Part shown: piece by piece, positions 1 through 9,800 of the stretch
How positions within the stretch are numbered: position 1 is the stretch's first letter
How the letters are laid out: the number at the start of each line of letters is the position of its first letter
DNA from: a virus
Lineage: Duplodnaviria; Caudoviricetes
Strand: one strand, 5' to 3'
Virus record (IMG/VR): IMGVR_UViG_3300017785_007982
Span: 1-25,920 of that record
DNA: 25,920 nt
The notes under the pieces: generated by a model
Seen by the model: only the letters and a program-made list of their open reading frames with translations
The model's database searches: none
Told to the model about the DNA's origin: nothing
Program-made: the position numbers and the translations under genes

Positions 1-743
1 AGAACATGAACGCCAGTAGTGTTTGTTATTAAACCAGTATTGCCATTAACAAAAACACCAGTAGAGTTTGCGATTATGCCACTGTTTGCTCTAACGTAAA
101 CGCCAGTAGAGTTTGCAATTATGCCACTATTAGCGAGAACATGAACGCCAGTAGTGTTTGAAATAATACCACTATTAGCGAGAACATGAACGCCAGTAGT
201 GTTTGTTATTAAACCAGTATTGCCATTAACAAAAACACCAGTAGAGTTTGCGATTATGCCACTATTAGCGAGAACATGAACGCCAGTAGTGTTTGTTATA
301 AGTCCAGTATTTCCATTAACAAAAACACCAGTAGCGTTTGCAATTATACCGCTGTTTGCTAATATAGAAACGGTTCCAGTAGTTGTTATTGGTCCACCTG
401 TCATACCGTTGCCAGTAGCGACAGAAGTTACAGTTCCGGTGCCACCAACGGTGTCCCAATAAACACCAGTGCTATTTGTAAATAAAACTTGACCTGCCAA
501 TCCAAGAGAAGAATTAGCAATTATTGCTTTTACTGTAAGATTACCAGTAATCTTTTGGTTGACAAGATTTGAGCCAACCGTAATTACACTTGAACCATTT
601 GATGAATAAAGAATACCATCCGCCATATTAAGGGCGAACTCGCCTGCAGCGATGTATTGAGTGTTTGTGACATATGACCCCGTAGTATTCGGGGTGCGAC
701 CAGACACTGTGGTACGCTTTACCTGAAAGACGTTATTGGCCAA
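1..743 (-). CDS. Tail fibre protein, 5' part (runs off left edge; not in ORF track)
   Basis: Manual translation from TTG at 743, with SD GAGGAGA at 751-757: MANNVFQVKRTTVSGRTPNTTGSYVTNTQYIAAGEFALNMADGILYSSNG...GQVLFTNSTGVYWDTVGGTGTVTSVATGNG..., then 15-aa repeats. No stop before position 1. The N-terminal (I/F)QxKR...GE motif is typical of phage fibre attachment domains. Confidence 0.85.
   Translation of the reverse strand, partial: MANNVFQVKRTTVSGRTPNTTGSYVTNTQYIAAGEFALNMADGILYSSNGSSVITVGSNLVNQKITGNLTVKAIIANSSLGLAGQVLFTNSTGVYWDTVGGTGTVTSVATGNGMTGGPITTTGTVSILANSGIIANATGVFVNGNTGLITNTTGVHVLANSGIIANSTGVFVNGNTGLITNTTGVHVLANSGIISNTTGVHVLANSGIIANSTGVYVRANSGIIANSTGVFVNGNTGLITNTTGVHV
3..362 (-). repeat. 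Eight tandem 45-bp (15-aa) coding repeats in the fibre shaft
   Basis: Units are LANSGIIAN(A/S)TGV(F/Y)V and NGNTGLITNTTGVHV plus variants. Nt 1-83 are identical to 181-263. Confidence 0.95.
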
Positions 744-780
744 TATTGGCTCTCCTCAATCAATCGCTATATAGCGAGGT
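734..780 (-). promoter_or_regulatory. Structured translation-initiation region (SD plus palindromes) of the fibre gene
   Basis: Perfect palindromes TCGCTATATAGCGA (764-777), GCCAATATTGGC (739-750) and TATTGGCCAATA (734-745) surround the SD GAGGAGA and the TTG start. Confidence 0.5.
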
Positions 781-1005
781 TTAATATTTTTCAGCCGAAG
801 TATTTATTTCTTTTGATTTCTTTTTATTTAGTTTTTCAACTTGAATCTCTAACTCATTTATTTTTAATTGAAGTTTTGAATTTATTATCTCAGTATATTT
901 CAGTTGAGTTTCAAGAAGGATGCGGGCTTTCACACCCTCCGTAACTTCATTTAGTAATCGTTCAATATATATGTTGACTATTTCAGGGTTCATAGGTATA
1001 ATCAC
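781..1005 (-). CDS. Small coiled-coil hypothetical protein (possible fibre assembly chaperone); true start may be ATG at 993
   Basis: Heptad-like L/I/E/K pattern (LQLKINELEIQVEKLNKK). Lies between two fibre genes. Confidence 0.6.
   Translation of the reverse strand: MIIPMNPEIVNIYIERLLNEVTEGVKARILLETQLKYTEIINSKLQLKINELEIQVEKLNKKKSKEINTSAEKY
801..807 (-). promoter_or_regulatory. Possible late promoter ATAAATA embedded in the end of the 74-aa gene
   Basis: 7/8 match to the T4 late consensus, about 58 nt upstream of the fibre start. Chance occurrence is plausible in AT-rich DNA. Confidence 0.35.
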
Positions 1006-1021
1006 ATTGTGTTGTTAAATT

Positions 1022-2332
1022 TTAAAAAGTTCCACCGTCGAGCGTGTCGTAAACGACTGCTGTTCCGTTAGATTGAAGAACAGAACCAGAAGTTCCAAGA
1101 GCTAATTCATTATATCCGTTAGTTGAATTACCAACCAATAGAGCGTTATTTGTTACAGTCGACTTACCAGTACCACCAGAAGTTCCAACAAGTGGTGTTG
1201 ATAATGTCAAACTGTTTGCTACAATTCCAACTGCAAAAGTTGAGTTAGCAATTAAATTGGCAGAAGTTGAATTGGTAACTAACCCACCTGAAGTTAGAAA
1301 AGCTTGTAACCTGGCTATTGTAAATGCAGAGGTGTTAGCTGTATCAATACTAGAATTTGTATATACACCATTAGAATTAAAAATTTTCCATATACCAGAA
1401 TCTGATTGATCTCTAATAAAACCAGAAACAAACGCATTTGATGTATTACCATAGGTTCCAAAGAAACCAATATCAATTGCATCAGTAAATGCTGCTGTCG
1501 AACTTTGATCTTTGGCTAAAGTAATTAAAGAATCTTCGATTGACAGTGTAGCAACATTAAGAGAAACTAAATCTCCTAGAACAGTCAAGTTTCCCGAAAC
1601 AGTAACATCAGAAACTGACAAAACACTAGTCCAGTAAGGAGAACCAGATGATCCATTCGATACAAAAATTTGTCCAGAAGTACCAGTTCCACCATTAGAA
1701 CTTAATGGTGTAGCAATAGTCAATCTTGTTGTATTAGCTATAAAATTAGCACCAACTGTAAGAGATGCAGCATTAATGGTACCTGTATGAAAAGCTCCAG
1801 TAGTATTAGCTTTAAAAATTGTACCAACAGAAATCAATGCTGAGTTAACTTGAGTAGTAGAGAATACGTTATTAACTGTTAGAGTGTTTCCTACAGCAAG
1901 AGTGTTTGAAGTTTTAACAAACGTGAATCCAGCACTACCATTTGCAAAATCGCTATCGTTAAATTGAACTTGTGTATTAGATCCAGAAGACCCAGTATCG
2001 GAACCCCAATAAGCAACAGTACCGTTAGAAATTAAAACTTGGTTATTAGTTCCATATGAACCATTGGCATTAAGACTAGTTAAAATTACGTTAGCAGCTT
2101 GAACTGTATTGATAAATCCAGTTGTATTTGCAACCAAAGCTTGATTAGCAGTGAGAATTCCAGGAAATCTAGCTCCACCAATAGCAATAACATTAGCGGA
2201 GTTAGCTGGGTCGCCAATCGCAAGTATATATCCATTAGAACTAAAAACTAACTCGCCGACGTCAATCGTTGGAGTAGTATTAGTTATACCAGTAGTTATA
2301 CTTCTTTTAATTTGAATTTTATTATTAGCCAT
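1022..2332 (-). CDS. Tail fibre / fibre-like virion protein (436 aa) with N-terminal IQIKRS...GEL domain and C-terminal LDGGTF
   Basis: Fibre-type motifs: KIQIKRS..GELVFS, GxxGQ(V/I)xxSNG...YW twice, GSNTQVQFND, VSGNLTVLG, IEDSLITLA, GFIRD. Rich in G/S/T/N. SD GGAGAA upstream. Confidence 0.8.
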   Translation of the reverse strand: MANNKIQIKRSITTGITNTTPTIDVGELVFSSNGYILAIGDPANSANVIAIGGARFPGILTANQALVANTTGFINTVQAANVILTSLNANGSYGTNNQVLISNGTVAYWGSDTGSSGSNTQVQFNDSDFANGSAGFTFVKTSNTLAVGNTLTVNNVFSTTQVNSALISVGTIFKANTTGAFHTGTINAASLTVGANFIANTTRLTIATPLSSNGGTGTSGQIFVSNGSSGSPYWTSVLSVSDVTVSGNLTVLGDLVSLNVATLSIEDSLITLAKDQSSTAAFTDAIDIGFFGTYGNTSNAFVSGFIRDQSDSGIWKIFNSNGVYTNSSIDTANTSAFTIARLQAFLTSGGLVTNSTSANLIANSTFAVGIVANSLTLSTPLVGTSGGTGKSTVTNNALLVGNSTNGYNELALGTSGSVLQSNGTAVVYDTLDGGTF

Positions 2333-2369
2333 TTGGCAAATTCTCCATAAGAACTGTATTTATTTTTAT

Positions 2370-2377
2370 TATTTATA
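2370..2377 (-). promoter_or_regulatory. T4-type late promoter TATAAATA
   Basis: Exact consensus in the intergenic gap, 38 nt upstream of the 436-aa gene start. Confidence 0.75.
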
Positions 2378-2379
2378 TT

Positions 2380-2643
2380 TTAAAATGTTCCGCCGTCTAA
2401 TACACCACTTACATTTGATAAATCAAGCACTTTAACTATATATTTGTCATTTGATGCATCATATACTAATGTAGCACCATCTATTTCATTATTAGCGCTA
2501 ACATCATTAAGATCATCTAATCTATTAGCGCCACTTATTAAATTGTTTTTTAAAACAACAGGCGTGTTAGTATCAATAATACCTGCAGTAGCATTTGCAG
2601 ATATTTGAATCGTTCTTTTTCTACTAACTAAAATGTTAGTCAT
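2380..2643 (-). CDS. Small virion adaptor protein (87 aa) ending in LDGGTF
   Basis: LDDLNDV...DGATLVYDASNDKY motif, as seen in myovirus fibre-associated proteins. Same terminal hexapeptide as the next gene. Confidence 0.7.
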   Translation of the reverse strand: MTNILVSRKRTIQISANATAGIIDTNTPVVLKNNLISGANRLDDLNDVSANNEIDGATLVYDASNDKYIVKVLDLSNVSGVLDGGTF

Positions 2644-2645
2644 TT

Positions 2646-2975
2646 TTACCTCGTAACTTGAGGTGTTATAGTAATTATACCTTCAACAATACGAGAAACT
2701 TCAGATCCGGATGTTATTTCGACATCATAAACATATCTACCAAAAGTTAAATTTGAAGTTTGATTTGCTGTTAAAGTTAAAGAAATTGTTGAGCTAGTAG
2801 TATTTATAGAGGTTGTGAATACTGCAGTAGTATTTGAAGATGTATACCACCTTCTTATTTGAGAATTAGCAGTGTAACCAGATAAAGAAAGAGGATCACC
2901 ATTTTCATCTGTCAAAGTAAGATCAGTAGAAAAAGTAGATCCTTGATCTATAATTAAATTTGCTTTAGATGCCAT
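2646..2975 (-). CDS. Beta-sandwich fibre collar/adaptor protein (BppU-N / T5 p132-LtfC-like)
   Basis: NLIIDQGSTF...GDPLSLSGYTANSQIR...LTLTANQT...GRYVYDVEI...RIVEGIITITPQVT pattern. Confidence 0.7.
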   Translation of the reverse strand: MASKANLIIDQGSTFSTDLTLTDENGDPLSLSGYTANSQIRRWYTSSNTTAVFTTSINTTSSTISLTLTANQTSNLTFGRYVYDVEITSGSEVSRIVEGIITITPQVTR

Positions 2976-3583
2976 TAGAAATTTACTCTAGAAATTATTA
3001 AATTATTGTTAGCTAATGTTGGTGTCATAGATAAAATAACATGAGTAGTATTAGTACTGACTGAAAAAGTTCCAAGAGTAGCATTTGAAATCATAGAACC
3101 ATACTCAGTCGAAAAAGCTGTAATATTGTTGTGGAACGTTAAAATTTTAACTGCTTGAAATGAATTAGCATTTGGAGGTGTTTGATCTTTTACTCTTATA
3201 AAAAACTCAACACCTCCAAAATCAGTCATAGCATAATTATCTATTTGTTGCGATGATGTTCCTGATGTGTTAACGGTTAATGTAGTAACAGGAGATATAA
3301 TCGCATTCCACTGACCATTTGCATTTAAAAAATAATCGCCACTAGCTACTACAGCTGTGTTAGGAATTGAAATTGTTAAGTTAGAAGTTGTGTTTGACAA
3401 ATATACAGTATTACCAGCTAAAACATTAGCAGTAAATGTTCCAGTTATTTCAGCATTGCCAGTTGTTGCAGCAGTATTAACAGTAACTACTTTGTTTGTC
3501 ATAGCATCAGCTAATTCATTTGTTCGATTTTTCCAAAAATCAAAAGTATTTGTATTTGCTACATTTGCTACAGTTACTGTCAT
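2975..3583 (-). CDS. Virion structural / short fibre-like protein (202 aa)
   Basis: N-terminal NTFDFWKNRTNEL motif and C-terminal beta-rich domain (HN..AF.TEYG...LGTF), typical of cyanophage-type T4-like structural proteins. TAATG overlap with the next gene. Confidence 0.65.
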   Translation of the reverse strand: MTVTVANVANTNTFDFWKNRTNELADAMTNKVVTVNTAATTGNAEITGTFTANVLAGNTVYLSNTTSNLTISIPNTAVVASGDYFLNANGQWNAIISPVTTLTVNTSGTSSQQIDNYAMTDFGGVEFFIRVKDQTPPNANSFQAVKILTFHNNITAFSTEYGSMISNATLGTFSVSTNTTHVILSMTPTLANNNLIISRVNF

Positions 3584-3792
3584 GACAATTTCTCTAATAT
3601 TTGATTCAACAAGTTCTTAACACCTTTAATTTCTTCATCTAAATTATTTACTTTAGATTTCATATACTCTAATTCGTTATTTTTTTGTTTAATTTTTTTA
3701 TAAGCACACAGAGCATCATTATCTTTATTTAACAAAGCTTTATTTTCAAAATTTCGGTAAATACCATTAACTTCTGTTTTTATTTCCGTCAT
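3580..3792 (-). CDS. Small coiled-coil hypothetical protein downstream of VrlC
   Basis: ALLNKD...Y followed by a heptad C-terminus. ATGA overlap with the next gene. Confidence 0.65.
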   Translation of the reverse strand: MTEIKTEVNGIYRNFENKALLNKDNDALCAYKKIKQKNNELEYMKSKVNNLDEEIKGVKNLLNQILEKLS

Positions 3793-3805
3793 AATTTAAC
3801 ACCCA

Positions 3806-6800
3806 TTATAATTGTAAAGCAATTGCTCTAAAATCAGCAACTTTTGGTGGGTTAGCTGAATTAGTTCCCAATAATCCAATTTTTATTGAAAATTGTTTAA
3901 ATCCAGTATAAACTTCACCACCAATAGTGTGGATTTGTGCAGTTGAATCAGTTCTGAAATCTGTTATGTCAATTTGAGAACCACCAGCTGTTGCTGACAA
4001 AATAAAAGCCGTAGAATTTACAGTGTGTATGAAATAGTAAGTATTCGAACTAAGAGGAGTAATTGGAGTGCCTCCAGGTGGAACACTATAAAATACTTCA
4101 TTATTAACAGCAAATATTGTACTTGCACCTGCTAATAAAATTGAATTTGCTGCAGCATTAACACCAGTTGTATTTGCAGTAATGTTGCTCGAATTTTTTA
4201 TATATTGTAGAACCCCATTGCCGTTTTTGTATGTGTTTGGAACAGTATAATCTATTTCAAAATAATCATTTATATTAGCTTCAGAAGATGAAACAGTTTC
4301 AAAAGAAGAATCCATTTTAATCCAATTATTCTCATAAAGTAAATTGCCATCTTCATTGTTTCTAATTTTCATATAAACTTCTACGTTACTTTGTGGTGGG
4401 CTATATGCAGACAATTTAATTAACAAATCTTCAGCATCTTGTCCATCAGCTAACGTAACAGATTTAGAAATATATCTATTTAAAAGATTACCACCACTAG
4501 TATTAGCTTCACCAGTATTATCGTTGTTAATGATGTTATGAACAAAAATAGATTGAGCTTTGGTTAAATCAATAACTGGTGAAACAAATTCAGAATTTGT
4601 GTCTATTACAATTCGCACTCTTGCAGAACTATTAGGGCTTGAGGTTCCAAATTTAGAAAGTTCATTTACAGAAGAAAGAATTGTTACTTCATTGTTAAAG
4701 GTAGAATATGAATCAGAAGTTCCAGGGAAAAATATAGAAGATCCTTCATAAAAATCAAAATTATTTGCACTAACTTCTGATCTCCAACCAACTTTTTCAA
4801 AAGATGTCGTTGTATCGTTAAAATTTAAATAATAAGGTTTTAAAGTTGTTGTTGAGTATTTGTATTGATCGAAACCGTTAGATGAACTATTTCCAATTCT
4901 AGCAGTATTACTAGAAAGAACACCTTTGATAACTGCATTAGTAAAAAATTTACCATTAGAGTTATCAATAATCATAAAATTATTAACTGAATTATATTTT
5001 CTTAATTGTCCTGTTCCAACAATAACTGATTGAACATTACCCGAAATAGTAATACTTACGTTCGTTGAATTTGCTACTGAGTAAGATGCATTTTTTAAGA
5101 AACCAAAAGCATCCGTATAATAAACAGAATTTGAAATAGATATAACATTACCTGAAATTGCGCCTCCTAATGAATTTGTGCTGTTAATTTTACTTCCTAC
5201 AGAAATTGAACCAGAAGTAGAATTAGTAACCTTATCAAGCGTTAATGCATCAGAGGTTATAATATTTTCACCTGCTCTAGAAAAAGAACCAGAAATAGTT
5301 GACAGATTTAAAAATTCTGTTGGTCTATTTCCTAAAATAATAGTTCCAGATCCTAAAGTAAAACTTGCTCTATTAAAACGAATTTTTAAGTCAACATCTG
5401 GAACCATATCATAATTTAAATTGTTATTTGTTGTAAAAAGTGTTCCCGTAAGTTGACGACCAGTAACTTGGTTTCCAGTTATTACATCTTCTTCCCCAAG
5501 TCTAGAAACCCAGAAATAATAATCAGGATTTAATCCTTCAGTATGAATAACAAAAGCATATTGAGTGTCATTTAATAAAAATACCGGTGCTGGAAATGTA
5601 ATTTTTGTATATTTAGATTGTTCATCTGAAGGACTTCCTTCCCAAAGATTAAATTCAGAGGTTGTTAACCAAACTTCAGAGTTTGGAATTTGATTTCTGG
5701 TAATACCACCAGCTGAATTCATTTCACGAATCTCAAACCATGCACCAAGAGTTGGATGTTTTTGTTCCACCCAAACATCAACAGATGTTAAAAATACACC
5801 ATCTACATCAACTGGAGCGTCTACTTTAAAACTATATGCCATACAAGATGGCCCCATAACTTTAGTTTTAACTTTTTTTCTTTCTTCAGTAATAGTTTCT
5901 TGAGTTATCACAGGAACTTTAGTTGAAAGAATAGTATTTTGTTTATTTACAGCTATACCACTAGCAGTCCAATATTTTGTTGCATAAGAAGTAGCATCAA
6001 TCGCATTAGTTGGAGAATCAGTTACGGTAATTTCTTTTGTTCCGATTCTAAATTTTTTACCTGAATCTTCAGGAATTCTTAAATATGCTGTAGCTTCTCC
6101 ATACTCATTTGATCTCCAAATATCTCCTTCTTCATCAGCACCAACATCAAAAGTACCATCTTCATTGGTAATAATTGTAATTGGTGTTAGATATTCAGAC
6201 ATATTTTCACTATCAAAAAATAAATAAAACTTTGTGTTAGCTTTCAAACCCTTCACAATTACAGTAAGTGTTTGTGCTCTTATATAAGGTAAAACACTGA
6301 CATCAGTAACAAAATTACCGAGTTCTTCTATTTGATTTTCGTAAGAAACTGTAGTGACAGTAGCTGTACGTTCTTGTGATGTAACTGTTTCAATTACAGA
6401 TCTGTCATCTCTTTCACCTTTGACCCTTTTACCATTTTTGTTGATCAGGGGAGTATTTTTGCTTCGAGCTAATGCTGCCGCATAACTTGTAAATTTACCA
6501 AGGAATAATTTTGGTTTTGGTTTTCCACTGCGATCTCCTACTCGACGATCATAAACATTATAGCCTACGGCATGGGTTTCCCATGATCCCCATGCCGATT
6601 GCATTACACTTTCTGTTGGAAGTTCTTCTCCAAAAGCTATTACTTTATCAACAGTTGTAATATCACACCAAGTGTCACTTTCTGGATCTATCTCAATTAT
6701 TCCTATAAATCTAAAAACACCTTGTTCAATGTTTCTTACAGTTGTCGCGTTTTTATTTTCAAGTAAAATTACTTCTGAATATGGTCTAGTAATTAAACCA

Positions 6801-9800
6801 CCAGAATTCTGATAACCAGAAGATCCAGATGTTTCTAATTTATACTGAAAAGATTCCATGTCAAAGAAAGGACGTATAGAACCTTCTTCTTTATCTATAG
6901 CAATTTTATAATCTAAATTACCACTATCACCAAGAGAGTGATCTGAGAAAGCATCAACAAAGAAACCATTTTTAAATCTGTCTAAACCAGAACTGTCTGT
7001 AATTTTAAAATCTACAACGCTCTTTTCTAACATTGTAAGTGCATTATAATATTCAAGATTTTCAATACGATTTTTAAGCACACCAATTTCTCTCATTGTA
7101 TATCTAATTTGTGCCATTTTTTTTGTTGAACAAGTATCATCTTTAATATTAATAATACGTGCTAAAGTTTCTGAAACAGAAGGATATGGTGAAAGATAGA
7201 TAGTTGCAACACCCATTACATTATCAGGAACATTCGGAGAAATAGGTGATTTGCTTGGTTGTCCTTTAATTATATTATAAACACCGTCTTTATTAAGAGT
7301 AATGATGTCTGTTCTAGGAAGATAAAAAGAATAATCAAGAGAAATATCACTATCAGGTGCAACCATTCTTAATCCATTTGAATCTACATTAAATGTAGTT
7401 GATGTTGCTGGATTACTAGTTGCACTACTAATATTAACAGAACTTATAGCTGTGTTAGTTTTATATGCTCTAAAATCAAGTGAATTTCTTAAATTATAAG
7501 ATACACCAAAAGTGCTCACATATTTTGGTATTTCATAAGTAAAAATACTAGTATTTGATGCAACAGTATCATCAACTGGATATGAATCTACTGAAAAATA
7601 ACCAAGACCTGTTGAATAATCTGCTTCAAAATGATCAAGTTCTACTAACAAAAATTTGTCAGTTAAAGTCAAATTTCCAGTAACATTGAGTTTACCATGA
7701 TCATAATAATCATCTCTTTGACCGTTATCAAGTGTAAAAGAAGAAGTTACATTAGATCCTTCAGTTCCAGTTGAAAATGCTGATTCATGCATTCTCACCG
7801 AGCGAATTTTATAAACATCTGGTAAACCAAGATTATATGGACCAGACACGTTTATATTGGTATTGGTTTGAATTTTAACAAATCTATTAGATCTCAAATA
7901 TTTACGTATTTCAGCGCCAGCAGTTGATGTATTTCTATCGACTCTAAATGTTAGTTTGGCATTTACTGTGTTGCCTGCACCAGCAACATTTGTTGTATCT
8001 TCTTTAATATCTATTATTAAACTTCCTGCAACAACATTGGCTGCTATTGCAGTGCCTGATGATCCATTAGAGGTTAAATCTATAATATCGCCAGTTCTTA
8101 AAGCTCTAGAAAATACATTGGAAGTAAATGTTGTTCCTGCATTGCTAGTTAAACTAAGACTTGTAGAATTAGTAATTGTCAAAATAGTATATTCTGCTCC
8201 ACCAGATCGAAGTAAACGATCTCCAGCTTTTAATTTTGTAAAATCAAATCCACTGTTAGCGCCAGTAAAACTTCCTGTGATTAAATTTGACGTGGCAGAG
8301 GCAGCAGTAATAACTCCAAGTAATTGGATATCTTTGTCCGCATTTAGAGAAAGTATTAATTCTCTTTTTTCAGATGAAGACAAACCACCCTCAGAATAAG
8401 ATAATGATTCTCCTAATACACTTATAGGAGCGACAGTAAATCTCCCATTACCTGATGCAAAATTAATATCTGCATCAACAGAACGATTAATTTGATACGT
8501 TGTGTCGCTAGATCCAGTATTACCTCTTATAGATCTAACACTTTCAGTTCCAATAGGAAATATCAATACACTTTCGTTAGTATCATTAATAGTTGTATTA
8601 GCAACAACATCAGCAAAAAAGTAATTAGGTGAAGTACTTGAATAGATTGATTTTACGTCACTAATAACATAACCATTGCTCATATTAAAATCATAAAGAT
8701 AAGCTCTCATTTGAGCTGTATTTGTTCCTAATGTACCTGACTCATAGACCAGAGCTTTTAATAAAGCATCGCCTACTTTTATATTATTACTAGTATTTGC
8801 AGTTGAACTTTTAATATTGCTTGTAATTCTAGTTTCGGTGTTTGAAAACAAATTAACTCGAATTGCTTCGTCATGATCTAAAGATCCAACAATTTCTTTA
8901 ATATAAAAAAATCCACCGTTTCTAGAGTTTACTAACTGATTATTTACATAGTTATATGTTATTGCTTTGTCTGTTATAACATGTGATGTGACAAGTTTAT
9001 TAACTTCATAACCTTTAACATAAGCAGTACCAGGTTCTACATCAATAGAAAGTTGATAAGTATTTCCACCAGCACTATTTGTAAATAATCCTTCATTAAT
9101 ACCAGTATCTAAATGCTCACGAGTTCTTATACCAAATCCTTTTACATAATAATCACCCGATTCATCATGTGTTCTTTTTGCAATTTCTTCATAAATTTTA
9201 GCGTACTGTGATCTTTCTTTTCTTTCTTCAATAACACCAGAGTTTATGTCCATAAGTAAAACAAAATTTTCATCATCACCACTAGTTTTGAATGGAATAG
9301 ATGTTAAAGTTGTTGTGATTTTATAACGATGCGCTCCAGGAGCATTTTCATTAGTCGTACCAAGTGCATTATCAAGAAGAGAATCATCACTCAAATCAGT
9401 ATCATAAGCTTCTGTAATGGTAAACCCAACAGTTATTGTAGGAGTTGCACTATCCTTTGAAAGAACTATAGTTTGGGCTGGAAAGGCTAAAAAATACCCC
9501 TTACTAAAAATAACACCTTGTCCGATAGAAAATGTAGATCCAACTTGTCTTGGAGTAGTTACGTTTGTTGTATCAACTACAAAATTAAATGTAGAATCAA
9601 CGACTACAACTCCACTTGTATCGAGAGTATAAGAATTTACAGTTTCTTCATTTAAGAAAACATCTGAAGTAGTAGAAGAAGAAATATATCTAATTAAGAA
9701 AAAATATTTGTTAGTTGTTTCATCATAAACTGCTGCTTTGACAGAGGCAGTAATTCCTGATGTAACACCAATTATAGTTTTACCAACAAACTCTTGTAAT

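Noticed and set aside
1-362. Regularly spaced repeats resembling a CRISPR array
   Set aside because: The units are contiguous in-frame 45-bp coding repeats without unique spacers, and no cas genes are present.
1-780. Visibly higher GC at the left end as a sign of horizontal acquisition
   Set aside because: Largely explained by Gly/Ala/Thr/Val-rich coding. It cannot be separated from composition without codon-position analysis.
1-2332. Diversity-generating retroelement target (Mtd-like N-terminal motif, many Asn codons)
   Set aside because: No reverse transcriptase, and no template/variable repeat pair differing only at adenines was seen in this window.
2801-2808. Exact TATAAATA on the minus strand inside the 109-aa gene
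   Set aside because: Mid-gene and about 160 nt from the next start. Such matches are expected by chance in DNA this AT-rich.
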